A DNA stretch of 64,000 nt from an uncultured Acidobacteriota bacterium (GTDB lineage Bacteria > Acidobacteriota > Terriglobia > UBA7540). Each line of letters starts with the position of its first letter. Position 1 is the first letter of the stretch. Of the stretch, positions 10,651 to 21,000 are shown piece by piece. The position numbers were made by a program, and so were the translations under genes. The notes under the pieces are model-generated. The model did not search any database, had not been told where the DNA came from, and worked only from the letters and a program-made list of their open reading frames with translations. The DNA lies in NCBI GenBank assembly GCA_963804995.1, contig CAWDSK010000005.1:32001-96000 (forward strand), given 5' to 3'.

Positions 10651-11556
10651 ATGGCGACCGACGACTCGACGAGGCAACTTTTTGAGCACGTCCCGCCTGC
10701 CCAAGAGTCGGGGCACGGCATTAAGTTCATAGTGATTTTCCTCCTCCTCGCAGTCCTGGCCGGCGGGGAATTTTACGCGGTCAACAAGATGAACAGCACG
10801 CGCAGCGAGCTCGAGGCGCAGCAGAGCCAGTTGCGAAAAGAGTTGACGGCGGAAATCCAGGCTCAGGTTTCAGCTCGTCTAACCACCATGGAGCAGCAGA
10901 CCGCACAGCAACTGGAAGCGGTCAAGACGGAGCTTGACGAGTCCGCCAAGCGTCTGGGCTCGCAGGGCGGCGAGTTGAAGCGCGCCCGCAAGTTGGTGAC
11001 GGAAGTACAGGATCAACAGCGCAAGCAGACCGAGGACATCCAAAAGGAACTATCTGAAAAAGCCGATACGCAGCAAGTCGGCGCGCTCACCCAGGATATA
11101 TCCTCCACCAAGACCGACCTCGACACGACCAAGAAGAGCGTCAGCTCCCTGGCGGCTGACTTGGGCATGGCCCGCAGCGAACTGGGCAATCTGATTGCCC
11201 GGAACCACGACGACATCGAATACCTGCGCAAGATGGGTGAGCGTGACTACTTCGAATTCACGCTCAACAAAGGCCATCCCACCCGCGTGGCCAATGTGGG
11301 CTTGAACCTGAAGAAGACCAACCCGAAGCGCAATCGTTTTAACATCGCCATGACCGTTGACGACACAGAAATTGAGAGGAAGGACCGCACCATTAACGAG
11401 CCAGTCATCTTCTACGTCAACGGCTCGAAAAAGCCCTTGGAATTGGTCGTGAATAAGGTGGATGCCAATCAGGTGAAAGGTTATATCAGCACCCCGAAGG
11501 GTATCCCCGAGGTTGCCCGCCAGCCGCAAAGCTCAGTACAGCCTCCCGCGCCCTGA
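10651..11556 (+). CDS. Membrane-anchored coiled-coil hypothetical protein
   Basis: SD AAGGAG; one TM segment, long coiled coil, beta-rich C-terminal domain. Confidence 0.85.
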   Translation: MATDDSTRQLFEHVPPAQESGHGIKFIVIFLLLAVLAGGEFYAVNKMNSTRSELEAQQSQLRKELTAEIQAQVSARLTTMEQQTAQQLEAVKTELDESAKRLGSQGGELKRARKLVTEVQDQQRKQTEDIQKELSEKADTQQVGALTQDISSTKTDLDTTKKSVSSLAADLGMARSELGNLIARNHDDIEYLRKMGERDYFEFTLNKGHPTRVANVGLNLKKTNPKRNRFNIAMTVDDTEIERKDRTINEPVIFYVNGSKKPLELVVNKVDANQVKGYISTPKGIPEVARQPQSSVQPPAP

Positions 11557-11597
11557 CTTTTCACCGGCCGTCTGGAAATCGAAACGCAAATCCTGGC

Positions 11598-12176
11598 TCA
11601 CTGCTTGTTGCCTGAGGAGGGCAACCGCTGGAGATCCTGGATGAGTGCCCAGAATACGTGGTACACCGCGTCCCGCTTCTCCACCGGACCAACTGGCACT
11701 CTCATTTCCGGCGACTCTTCAGGAGTGTTTGGCGAGGCGGCGAGTGCCTGCACGCGGTAGAGGAGCCTCGAGGCATCGCCGACGGTTAATACGACCTTGA
11801 TCGGCGCCTCCGGGTAGCTGCCAGGAGTCAGCGTGACCGGCTCTCGCGTGGGCTCGCCCAGGCGGATGGCAGTTTCGTTCATGCGAACAAATTCCAAGGT
11901 TGCAGTGGCATCAGGTTGTCCGTTCTGGCAGTCCTCGACGAGTTTCCACGGCAGCTTCGCGAGCAGGTGCTTGGGCTTGCTTTCTGTTTTCACGAACCCG
12001 TCTATCAAATAACGGTCCGGGCCAGACAGACCGCTCTTGTCAATGCAATAGGTTTGGACTTTCGCCAGATCCTGCGGCTTGGGAATTTCACCGGTTGGCT
12101 TCTTGACTTGCGATATGGCGGGAATCGCGAAGAACAGTGCAGACACCGTCACGGCAGCCTTCACGAGCGCATGCAT
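11598..12176 (-). CDS. Secreted hypothetical protein
   Basis: Signal-peptide-like N-terminus; 192-aa ORF fitting the intergenic space. Confidence 0.7.
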   Translation of the reverse strand: MHALVKAAVTVSALFFAIPAISQVKKPTGEIPKPQDLAKVQTYCIDKSGLSGPDRYLIDGFVKTESKPKHLLAKLPWKLVEDCQNGQPDATATLEFVRMNETAIRLGEPTREPVTLTPGSYPEAPIKVVLTVGDASRLLYRVQALAASPNTPEESPEMRVPVGPVEKRDAVYHVFWALIQDLQRLPSSGNKQ

Positions 12177-12425
12177 AGTGGCGCCCCCGGGATTGATGTG
12201 CGGCTCCGGCTGCGACCTAAATAATCTTAGCCGGTTCAGGTGAAGATCGCAACGCGTGGACGCTGCTTGGGACCAGACAACTTGAAAATTTCCGCTGATC
12301 GGGACCCCATGGTGGAACCGGAAAGTGTGCTATCTTACCTACATTCATAATAGGGGCCTGGAATCCGGAGCCAATAAGAAACGCCGACCTCGAGGTCGCA
12401 GGTTCGCGCGACGCTTGCCAAGGAG

Positions 12426-12983
12426 ATGCTCATGAAAATTAGCAGTCCAGTCAAGGCTGGAAGTTTATTCTGTCGTCGACGGGCAGGGAGGATTTCGCTC
12501 TGGGGGCTGGCGTTGCTCTTAGTTTCCGGAGCAATCGTAAACGGCCAGCAACCCACCGCCACGCCGGGCTCCGTTAAACACGTGCTCGGCTTCGAAAACA
12601 TCAAACCCAACGCCCAAGGCGATCTGACCGTCCAGGGTGACAAGCTGCAATTCAAGGCCAGCAAGGCCCAGGCGGAGGTGAGTATGGCTTCCGTCCAGGA
12701 TGTTTTCACGGAACAGGATTTCAAACAGGCGATTGGGGGCACCGCCGGGACGCTGGCAAAAATGGCCGTACCCTATGGGGGCGGGCGCGTGCTGAGTCTG
12801 TTCCAGGAAAAAATCGATGTGCTCACGGTGGAATACCGCGACGCCAATGGCGGGCTGCACGGCGCCATCTTCACCCTCCCCAAAGGACAGGCGCAACCGC
12901 TCAAGAAACAGCTAGTCGCGAACGGAGCGCACGCCAGCATTCCCCCGGAAGAACCAGCGCCGCCAGAGGAGAAGAAACCATGA
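12426..12983 (+). CDS. Secreted hypothetical protein
   Basis: SD AGGAG, hydrophobic signal-like segment, ATGA overlap with the next gene. Confidence 0.8.
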   Translation: MLMKISSPVKAGSLFCRRRAGRISLWGLALLLVSGAIVNGQQPTATPGSVKHVLGFENIKPNAQGDLTVQGDKLQFKASKAQAEVSMASVQDVFTEQDFKQAIGGTAGTLAKMAVPYGGGRVLSLFQEKIDVLTVEYRDANGGLHGAIFTLPKGQAQPLKKQLVANGAHASIPPEEPAPPEEKKP

Positions 12984-13591
12984 CCAAGCAGATTCCAAGC
13001 GGGCTCGCGATTTGTTCCCGACTTGTTTCCATCCCGCGCTCGGCCCCCACGCGGAGGGTCGCGTTATCGCTGACTGCTTTGCTCGTGGCCGTTGGCGCAG
13101 GACTTCTGGGTGGGGGACGTCTGCTGGCACGTGGCAGTTCCGCCGCGCCATCTCCTTCCGCCAGCCCGACTCCAGCGGCGGAAAAACTCACCGCCTCGGC
13201 CATTCAAATCGAACCGGTTGAAGTCGGCGATGTGCAGTTGCCTCCGGAGTTCCGCGACGCAGTCTACGAGTATGTTATCGGAGAAGTGGGCAAGACAGGG
13301 AAGTTTCAACACATTTATCGCAGTGGTGACCGCGCGGCGGGCGATGCGCCGGATCTTGTCACACTGAGGATGAAGGTGAAAGGCTTTAAGCAAGGCAGCC
13401 AAAGGACGCGTGAAGTAACCACCGTGGCCGGGGCAACTTCCGTCGAAATGGGAGTGCAAGTCACCAGCCGCGACGGCAAAGCGCTGTTGGACCGCGACGT
13501 GGAAGGCAAAGTCCGCTTCTTCGGCGGCAACTTGCGCGCCACTTACGATTTTTCCAAGAAGGTTGCGGAGATCCTCCGCCAGAGCTTCTAG
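12980..13591 (+). CDS. Hypothetical protein, DUF4410-like
   Basis: Motif KGFKQGSQRTREVTTVAGATSVEMGV resembles DUF4410; translationally coupled to the upstream gene. Confidence 0.65.
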   Translation: MTKQIPSGLAICSRLVSIPRSAPTRRVALSLTALLVAVGAGLLGGGRLLARGSSAAPSPSASPTPAAEKLTASAIQIEPVEVGDVQLPPEFRDAVYEYVIGEVGKTGKFQHIYRSGDRAAGDAPDLVTLRMKVKGFKQGSQRTREVTTVAGATSVEMGVQVTSRDGKALLDRDVEGKVRFFGGNLRATYDFSKKVAEILRQSF

Positions 13592-13709
13592 CGGCGGGTT
13601 CGGCAAAATTGTGGCGGCGCCGACCGCTGACAGCTAACAGTTCATTCCGGACCTCGTATCCCGCATCCCGGCCGCTTCGTAGTAGGATAGTGGGCGCGAG
13701 GGTCTCCGC

Positions 13710-14228
13710 ATGCTCAAGCTCATCTCATTCGGGTTGCTGCTCTGGTCTTACCTCCTGATTCAAACCAATATTTCCCAACTGCCGCGGCGCATTCCGACTC
13801 ACTTCAACGCCGCCGGAAACGTCGACGGTTGGGGAAGTCCTGACACGCTATGGACCTTGCTGGCCGCGCAGGCCTTTACCACAGCACTCTTTTTGATCGT
13901 GCCTCTCATCGGCGAACGATTTCCCGCCATGGTGAATCTTGGAACCCGCCGTTTGAGCGACTACACCGCCGCCCAGCGCGTGCGCATTCAGCCGTTGCTG
14001 CGTGACTTGGCGGCGTATCTGAGTATCGTCATGAACCTGTTTTTTGTTTTCATGCTCAACGGGATTATAGGCGCGGCAAGGCAGACCCACCCCCACCTGC
14101 CCATCGCCTGGCCGCTGGGGTTCCTGATGGGTGGCATGTTGTGCATCGTGCTTTACTACATACGGAAGACGTACCAGGTTGCAAAAGAGGTAGACCCAAA
14201 CTCGCAGGAAACCGGTGTCACTTCCTGA
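13710..14228 (+). CDS. DUF1648 (SdpI-like) membrane protein
   Basis: LPRRIPTHFNAAGNVDGWG motif plus about 4 TM segments. Confidence 0.85.
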   Translation: MLKLISFGLLLWSYLLIQTNISQLPRRIPTHFNAAGNVDGWGSPDTLWTLLAAQAFTTALFLIVPLIGERFPAMVNLGTRRLSDYTAAQRVRIQPLLRDLAAYLSIVMNLFFVFMLNGIIGAARQTHPHLPIAWPLGFLMGGMLCIVLYYIRKTYQVAKEVDPNSQETGVTS

Positions 14229-15279
14229 GTCGCTCGGCCACCGCCGCGGCGAATTCCTGGGTCGTACTCGTGCCACCCAGGTCAGGAGTGCGCACCCGCC
14301 CCTCGGACATTACGGCCCTCAGGGCGTCCCAGATGTTACGCGCAGCGGGGTCTAGCGCGCAGTGTCCTAGCAAAAGTACCGATGCCCAGATCGCCGCAAT
14401 AGGATTAGCAATCCCCCGTCCCGCGATGTCCGGAGCGCTGCCGTGCACCGGCTCAAAAATCGGCGGCCCCAGACGCTGTGTGGGATTCAAGTTGGCGCTG
14501 GCGGCAAGACCCAAGCTTCCTTGCAAAGCTCCACCGAGATCAGTGAGGATGTCAGCGAAAAGATTTGAGCCCACCACAACGTCCAGACTTTCAGGATGAG
14601 TGATCATGCGCGCCGCCAGCGCGTCCACGTGATAACTGGCAACCGTGACTTCCGGATACTCGCGCGCTACTTCCCGGACAACTTCATCCCACAGCACCAT
14701 GGTGTATTGCATGGCGTTGGATTTGGTGGCGCTCGCCAGGCGCTTGCGAGGCCGCTGGCGCGCCTGCTCGAAGGCATAACGCACCACGCGCTCCACACCC
14801 TTGCGCGTAAACACCGATTGCTGGATGGCGACTTCATCCGCGGTCCCGCGCTTGAAGCGTCCGCCTACTCCCGCGTATTCACCTTCGGTGTTCTCGCGGA
14901 TGAAGAGCATGTTGATGTCTTCCGGGCGCTTTCCACGCAAGGGCGACTCGAGTCCTGGCAGAATTTCCACGGGCCGCAGATTGACATAGAGATCAAAGCC
15001 AAACCGCATGCGCAGCAAAAGATCACGAAGCGAAATGTGGTCGGGAACCGTGGGGTGGCCAATGGCGCCCAGCAGAATAGCGTCAAACGGCCGGAGCGTT
15101 TCCAGCCCGTCTTCAGGCATCATGCGGCCATGCTTGAGATAGTATTCGCAGCCCCATTCGAAGGATTCGCAGGAAAGAGTGAAACCCTGAGCGGCGGCGT
15201 TGAGAACTTGGACGGCGGCGGGAATGACTTCCTTGCCAATCCCGTCCCCGGGAAGAAGCGCGAGGCGTAAGGTTTTCAT
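14218..15279 (-). CDS. Tartrate/D-malate dehydrogenase (isocitrate/isopropylmalate dehydrogenase family)
   Basis: PGDGIGKEV, RENTEGEY, ATKSNA, SNLFADILTD, FEPVHGSAPDIAG. Confidence 0.9.
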   Translation of the reverse strand: MKTLRLALLPGDGIGKEVIPAAVQVLNAAAQGFTLSCESFEWGCEYYLKHGRMMPEDGLETLRPFDAILLGAIGHPTVPDHISLRDLLLRMRFGFDLYVNLRPVEILPGLESPLRGKRPEDINMLFIRENTEGEYAGVGGRFKRGTADEVAIQQSVFTRKGVERVVRYAFEQARQRPRKRLASATKSNAMQYTMVLWDEVVREVAREYPEVTVASYHVDALAARMITHPESLDVVVGSNLFADILTDLGGALQGSLGLAASANLNPTQRLGPPIFEPVHGSAPDIAGRGIANPIAAIWASVLLLGHCALDPAARNIWDALRAVMSEGRVRTPDLGGTSTTQEFAAAVAERLRK

Positions 15280-15328
15280 GGCGGGTCTGATTCTACACTC
15301 GAATTACGGATCAAGGACATCTGACTCT

Positions 15329-16885
15329 TCACCGGCGCAGCTTTGCGAGATACGCATCCAACTCGCGCACGCGCAGGAGCTTCGCGAGCGCTCCCGTCAA
15401 GCCAAATCCCACCAAGCTCACAATTACCAAAACTCCCAAGGCGTGCAGCGTAGTTTGCCAACCGATCCAAACGCCCAACGTTTGGGTCAGCTTAAAACAC
15501 ACCGCAGCAGCAACGACTGAGGCGAGGGTGATCTTCAGGAAGAATCTGACCAGCTCGCCAGCCTCCTGGTTGTGGGTACGACGATTTAGCAGCCCAAAAA
15601 GCAGCAGCGTGTAGGCAATGATTCCGCAGGAACTGGCGAGTGCCAGCCCCAGATGCTGGTAGTGCCGAACCAGCAGCCAGTAGACGGGCAGATTCAGGAA
15701 GGTGAGCGCGGTTCCTACGACGGCGGGCGTTATAGTATCGCGAGCCGCATAAAAACCGCGCGCCAGGATATTCTGTGCGCCCCACGCCAACATGCCCAGG
15801 GAAAAAACGGACAAGGTCGCGGCCGTGGCTGCGAGGTCAGGCTCACTCATCTTGCTGTGGGTATAGAGCAAGTGAACCAACGGTTGATTCATGGCGATGG
15901 TCAGCGCGGAAATGGGCATGAGCAGCAGGATCATACCCTTCATCGTGGCGTTCAGAGTGTGATTCAATTCCGCCAGCTTGCCTTCCGAGTACAGTTGCGC
16001 GAGGTAAGGGAACGACGCCACTCCGATGGCCTGCCCGACCACCCCCAGCGGGACTCTCATCAGGGTCTTGGCGTAACTGAGCCAGGTGATCGAGGCAGGC
16101 ACAAGAAAGGAGCCGAACCAGCGGATAATCCAGTCGTCCGTGAACACCAGCGACAGCGCCAGCATGATGGGAATTGTCAGCTTGACGAAGAGCCGAAAAC
16201 CGGGATGGCGGACATTCAGGTTTGGGGAGAAGCGTACGCCGGCACGCCGTGCTCCATAAATTTGTAAGAGGAGATTTCCCGCCAAGGCGCCGACCAAAAC
16301 GCCCACTGCGAAGCCAGTGATTCCCAGGCGGCGCGAGAGCAGCACGCCCCCCAGAATGATTCCCAGGTTGTAGACCACGGGGGCTAGAGAGGGCACCAGA
16401 AACTGCCCCTTGGCGTACTGCACGGCGCTCAGGATACTGCCGAGGTAGAAGCAGAGCTGGGCGGGCATCATCAACCGCGTCAGGAAGATGACGCGTGCTT
16501 TCTCCGCGGGGCTGAAGCCGGGAGCGATCAGTTCCACCAACTGCGGCGCGTAGATTTCTCCCGCGATCACCACCGCCATAAGCAAGAGGCCCATGGCGCA
16601 AATCACCGTTGAGAAGACGTGCCAGCCTTCTTCCTCGCGGTCCTTGCTGACGAACTGGGCAAAGACCGGAATAAAGGTGAGGCTTAAGGAGCCGCCCGCG
16701 ACCAAATAATTCAAGAAGTCAGGAAGCGTGAAGGCGGCATAATACGCGTCGGTGACGGCGTTCGAGCCAATCTGGTGGGCAACGGTCCAGTCGCGAAGGA
16801 AGCCCAGAATGCGACTTGCCAGCACGCTGGCCATGACGATGCCGGAAGCCTGCGCGATGCGTCGCGTGACGGGGGCAGTGGTCAT
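15329..16885 (-). CDS. murJ: Lipid II flippase MurJ
   Basis: SRILGFLRD...DAYYAAFTLPD...GGSLSLTFIPVF; 518 aa, many TM segments. Confidence 0.93.
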   Translation of the reverse strand: MTTAPVTRRIAQASGIVMASVLASRILGFLRDWTVAHQIGSNAVTDAYYAAFTLPDFLNYLVAGGSLSLTFIPVFAQFVSKDREEEGWHVFSTVICAMGLLLMAVVIAGEIYAPQLVELIAPGFSPAEKARVIFLTRLMMPAQLCFYLGSILSAVQYAKGQFLVPSLAPVVYNLGIILGGVLLSRRLGITGFAVGVLVGALAGNLLLQIYGARRAGVRFSPNLNVRHPGFRLFVKLTIPIMLALSLVFTDDWIIRWFGSFLVPASITWLSYAKTLMRVPLGVVGQAIGVASFPYLAQLYSEGKLAELNHTLNATMKGMILLLMPISALTIAMNQPLVHLLYTHSKMSEPDLAATAATLSVFSLGMLAWGAQNILARGFYAARDTITPAVVGTALTFLNLPVYWLLVRHYQHLGLALASSCGIIAYTLLLFGLLNRRTHNQEAGELVRFFLKITLASVVAAAVCFKLTQTLGVWIGWQTTLHALGVLVIVSLVGFGLTGALAKLLRVRELDAYLAKLRR

Positions 16886-16967
16886 TGAGGAAGATGTATC
16901 ACGTTTTGCGTGGGTTTGCCTAGGACCGACGTGGCGGTGGGGCGCACCTCAGGCCGACACGGGAGGG

Positions 16968-17456
16968 CTAATCGGGGTAGGGAAAGCGATGGTCGCACCT
17001 CATGCACCGGGCCATCCTCGGGCGCCGGAACCAACGTTCGTAGAATTTGCGCCGGGACCTGCGGATCAGCCCGCCACCACACTTTGGACAACTGTAGCGA
17101 GGTTCACTTTCTTCAGTCGTTACCGCGACGCCCACGGAGGCGTCCGTAGCGGAATCTTCCTGGGGGCTTTCCACTTCGGGAGGCCCGGAAATCGTATGGG
17201 GTGAAGGCGCTTGATAAGGCTTGGACACAACTCCTCCGGCTTCGGCAATCTTGCGGTTGTAATATTCCTGGAGCTGCTCTTGGGTCATGTCATCGGGATG
17301 CGGCCGGTTCCGGTCCACCCGCTTGAACAGGCGGCGCCGATTGCAGAATGAGCAGCGGCGTAAGTGCAAACCCATCTTCCAGAGAGTTTCGTAGATAAGC
17401 CCGTGCCGGACGGATTCAGTTTTCGTAGCTCCACATCGGGGGCAGGGAGTCGCCAT
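16968..17456 (-). CDS. Hypothetical protein with two zinc-ribbon-like modules
   Basis: CPRC...CSFC and CPKC...CMRC separated by an acidic/Pro-rich linker. Confidence 0.75.
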   Translation of the reverse strand: MATPCPRCGATKTESVRHGLIYETLWKMGLHLRRCSFCNRRRLFKRVDRNRPHPDDMTQEQLQEYYNRKIAEAGGVVSKPYQAPSPHTISGPPEVESPQEDSATDASVGVAVTTEESEPRYSCPKCGGGLIRRSRRKFYERWFRRPRMARCMRCDHRFPYPD

Positions 17457-17786
17457 CGGTCTACCTTCGAACCCAATTTTGCAGCGTCATGGCTAAATCT
17501 CAAAGACCCAATCGTTCCGGTTACCGCTCTGGACGCTTAAATATGTTTCCGGGTAACGACCTTTCTGGCGAAGTGGCAGACATTGACAAGCTAACATAGG
17601 CTAATTTAATGTAACACACACAAATGCGATTGCCAACCAGCCCGCGATAAAACGATAATGCCAAAACGTTATGATATGCCCGCCGAGCTCCGGCCCTACC
17701 CGCAAGCCTTTAACACTGGTTGCCTTAAGCCTCGGGGGGGACGGTCAAGCCACATTTAATAAGTAGGAATCCCGGAGGACGTGGAG

Positions 17787-18728
17787 ATGCCAAAATTCGA
17801 CATAACAGTAGTGGGCGAACTCAACTTGGACTTGATACTTTACGGCCTGCCTGACCAACTGGTGCCGGAGCATGAAGCTTTGGCTGACCGCTTGGCCTTG
17901 ACCTTGGGCAGCTCCTCCGCAATTTTCGCTCACAACCTGGCGGTGATGGGCAGTCGTGTGGGATTTATATCACGCATCGGTGATGACCCGCTGGGGCGCA
18001 TCAGCCTGGAACGTCTTGCCGCGGGGACGGTGGATGTCTCAAAGGTTCGCACCGTCAGCGGGCCCACGACCACCGGGCTGACGGTCATCATGCCGCGCGC
18101 CCACGATCGCCTTAGCTGTACCTACGCGGGCACGATGTTTGAGATGTGTTTTGAAGATCTGGACCTCACCTACCTGGCTTCCGCCAAGCATTTCCACTTG
18201 TCTTCATTCTATCTGCATCGCGCGCTGCGTCCGCGGATTACAGAGCTTTTCCATAAGATGAAAGCCGCTGGCCTTACGACCTCCCTCGACACCAACGATG
18301 ACCCGGAGGATTGTTGGGCGCCCGATCTGCTGGAAACCTTGCGCTACGTGGACGTCTTCCTGCCTAACGAGCGCGAGATCATGAAAATCACCCGAACCGA
18401 TCATCCCCAGGCGGGGCTCGTGAAACTATCGAGCTTGGTGCCAATTGTGGTCGTGAAGCTCGGCTCCCGGGGAGCCGTAGCGCGTCGAGGGAAGACGGAA
18501 ATCACGGCCCCTCCCGTTCCGGTGGAGGTCGTTGACCCGGTGGGCGCGGGTGATAGCTTCGATGCCGGATTCATCCACCAGTACGTCAAAGGCGCTGACC
18601 TTGCCGCCTGCCTTCGTTACGGAAATCTTGCCGGCGCGTGCTCCACCACCATGCCCGGCGGCACGGAAGCTTTCCGCGACCGCTCGCATTTCCAGAAGTT
18701 TTTCAATGAGCACGCGGCGAAAGCGTAG
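17787..18728 (+). CDS. PfkB-family carbohydrate kinase
   Basis: GSSSAIFA, LPNERE, DPVGAGDSFDAG signature. Confidence 0.93.
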   Translation: MPKFDITVVGELNLDLILYGLPDQLVPEHEALADRLALTLGSSSAIFAHNLAVMGSRVGFISRIGDDPLGRISLERLAAGTVDVSKVRTVSGPTTTGLTVIMPRAHDRLSCTYAGTMFEMCFEDLDLTYLASAKHFHLSSFYLHRALRPRITELFHKMKAAGLTTSLDTNDDPEDCWAPDLLETLRYVDVFLPNEREIMKITRTDHPQAGLVKLSSLVPIVVVKLGSRGAVARRGKTEITAPPVPVEVVDPVGAGDSFDAGFIHQYVKGADLAACLRYGNLAGACSTTMPGGTEAFRDRSHFQKFFNEHAAKA

Positions 18729-18762
18729 GCCCTGTATTCGGGATTTCGGGGGTGCGGTAAAT

Positions 18763-18793
18763 GTAGCGCAGACCTCCGCTGTTGAGGTCTGCG
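18763..18793 (+). repeat. REP-A copy (GTAGCGCAGACCTCCGCTGTTGAGGTCTGCG)
   Basis: GTAG followed by an imperfect palindrome; same family as the RAYT-flanking REPs. Confidence 0.9.
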
Positions 18794-18903
18794 GTTCTTC
18801 GTGCGTCATGGGAGCGGATGTATCGTGGCGAAGCAGCCGCCCGTGTTTACATGCTGCGGGTTTTCCAAAAGAAGAACCGCCACCGCGCCAAAATCACGAA
18901 TGA

Positions 18904-18993
18904 CCCCTCACCCGTCCCGCCCCGGCTGATGAAAACGCCGGCGGCGGTCCACCCTCTTCCGCCACGGCGGATCTGCGACCCCTCGGAGAGGGC
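18904..18993. repeat. ~90-bp dispersed palindromic repeat, copy 2
   Basis: Near-identical to 1874-1963; lies between convergent genes. Confidence 0.85.
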
Positions 18994-19023
18994 CGTTACT
19001 CAATGTCTGGTGCCGCATCACCG

Positions 19024-20253
19024 TTACACGCTCAAGTTCAGCAGGCGGGCGGCGTTTTCGTTATAGACCTTGCGCAGGATCTGGTCCGGCAAGCCGAGGC
19101 CGGAGATTCTCCATCGCCCCTGGGGAGGAACCGGCGCGGGAGCGTAATCGAAATACTCGTCTTCGGTCTCCAGGAAACGGTAATAGATCTCATACAACGC
19201 ATCCCCGAAGATTTGCTGCGGAGTCTCGATCCCGTGCGGGACGGCGTCCGTTCCCAGCATAATGCGGTCCTGGTATTTCTCAAAAAACTTGCGCGCTTGG
19301 CGTGGTTGCCGGCCGAGCTCGTTGAGCCGGGCGCCCATCTCCACATGCATGTTCGGGAGGTGGTCGAGGCAATGCGCGACGTAACCCAGGTCTTCTCCCC
19401 GATTTCCGACATGCAAAGCAATGAACTGCGTCTTGGGGTGGCGAGCAAACACGCGGTTGCGTGCCTCCAGTAGTTCCATCTTGGCCGGAAAGTCGCGGCC
19501 GTAAAACGACCAGTCAGGATGGTTGTTCAATTCCTCGAAGCGCTCATTGAAGCGGTCGGTGGGGAGAAAGAAGGCATCGGGGTCGGAAGTGTGAATCGCG
19601 ACAGGCAGGCGGAGCGCGCCACAAGCTTCCCACATCGGATTAAAGCGAGGGTCATCAACTTTCACGAGGTTGCCCGTAGTGACGTTCGCACGCAAGTAAA
19701 GCCCCAGCACCTTGGTGACCTTCAAGCCCTTGGCGCCGGCCCGGTGGGCGCGTTCGATCTCATCCGCCTGCGTTTGGGCATAGCCCGGCTCATTCGAGCA
19801 TTCCCACCACGGTTCCGTAAAAACCAGAAAGCGCCCCGGGTGAGATGTCGCGAATTTCTGGATGGCTTCCACCAGTCCCTGGCCGCGCCCGCCGGTGAGA
19901 TCAACCATGGTCCGGATGTTCTTGCGATTCATGACGGCCAATATTTCTTCCGGAGGGGCTGGGTAATTCATCTTCTCGCCCAAGGGAACGCCATTCCGGT
20001 GTGCGGCCTGAAAGGAAAGGTGGGCATGAACATCAATCACCGGGAACTTGGAGCGCGCGACTTTGGTCTCCGGCACGCGGAGCATGCTTTTGGGCTGGAA
20101 TTCCGTGAGGTCGAGCGGCGTCCGGGTTTTCTCAACGGGGACTCCACTAACTTTCGCGCCCAATATCTTTGTTGATGACTGAACCGCGCTGCTTCCCACA
20201 ACTGCTGCGGCCGTGCGATGCAGCCATTGCCTACGACTCCATTTGCTCATCAT
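19024..20253 (-). CDS. Amidohydrolase family protein with Tat-like signal
   Basis: SRRQWL twin-arginine motif, IDVHAH, AIHTSDP, IMLGTD. Confidence 0.9.
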   Translation of the reverse strand: MMSKWSRRQWLHRTAAAVVGSSAVQSSTKILGAKVSGVPVEKTRTPLDLTEFQPKSMLRVPETKVARSKFPVIDVHAHLSFQAAHRNGVPLGEKMNYPAPPEEILAVMNRKNIRTMVDLTGGRGQGLVEAIQKFATSHPGRFLVFTEPWWECSNEPGYAQTQADEIERAHRAGAKGLKVTKVLGLYLRANVTTGNLVKVDDPRFNPMWEACGALRLPVAIHTSDPDAFFLPTDRFNERFEELNNHPDWSFYGRDFPAKMELLEARNRVFARHPKTQFIALHVGNRGEDLGYVAHCLDHLPNMHVEMGARLNELGRQPRQARKFFEKYQDRIMLGTDAVPHGIETPQQIFGDALYEIYYRFLETEDEYFDYAPAPVPPQGRWRISGLGLPDQILRKVYNENAARLLNLSV

Positions 20254-20669
20254 GTGCTCCTCAACTCACTTTGGGCATCTACAAGCCCGCCAGCTTAGTG
20301 CGCCCTCCTGGGTACGTCAACTGGATTGGCGTGTTCATTTCCGGGACGTTCCGTTGGAGGCGGGATGGCGCATGAGGTTTTGCATGCGGCGGAGCCGCAC
20401 GTGAAAAGTCATAGGAAGAAAACGCATGAAGCTGGGCAAGTTGGTGGGACCTCGCGCGCTAAGGCCCGCGGAAGAGCAACATGTGGGACAGTCCCAGTGA
20501 TGACAAAAAGTCGCGGGCTTTCCAAAGTAGGGTGGGAGAGCACGCGATCCCGAGCCCACCTCCTGCCCCCTTGTTGAGCCGGGCGTGCCGATTTCCCGCC
20601 TGCGGCTCACCCGCCAACTCTCCGGGTTTGAGGCTTGCGGGTTTTCCAAACGAAAAACCCCAAAACCGG

Positions 20670-20912
20670 GGTAGTGGGGTCATTTGCTGTGGCACGGCCG
20701 ACCTGCCCCGATCCATCGGGGTCTTGGCCGTGACCGTTCACGGGCGGGAGAAGCTGTGAAAAAATACCATTTTCACCGCTGAGACGCTGAGACGCAGAGA
20801 AATGACCCTTTGTTTTCAAACCTCTGCGCCTCCGCGTCTCCGCGGTGAAAGCTTTGATGGGATTTTTTCACACCTTCGGACGCCCGTGCCGCTTCCAAAT
20901 GACACCACTACC
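20670..20912. mobile_element. Non-autonomous MITE with IS1-like ends and nested repeats
   Basis: TIRs GGTAGTGGGGTCATTTG / CAAATGACACCACTACC; 8-bp direct repeat AAAACCGG at 20662-20669 and 20913-20920. Confidence 0.85.
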
Positions 20913-20965
20913 AAAACCGGGGAACCTCGCTAGGAAACCGACCCCCGCCCCTCGAAACTTTCCAC

Positions 20966-21000
20966 TTGACAAACTAATTGTAACGTACTAATAAATTAGT
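20966..21000 (+). promoter_or_regulatory. Sigma70 promoter with overlapping BlaI-type operator; probably a leaderless mRNA
   Basis: TTGACA at 20966, AT-rich -10 region, ACTA-N6-TAGT palindrome (20987-21000) abutting the ATG; no SD. Confidence 0.65.
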
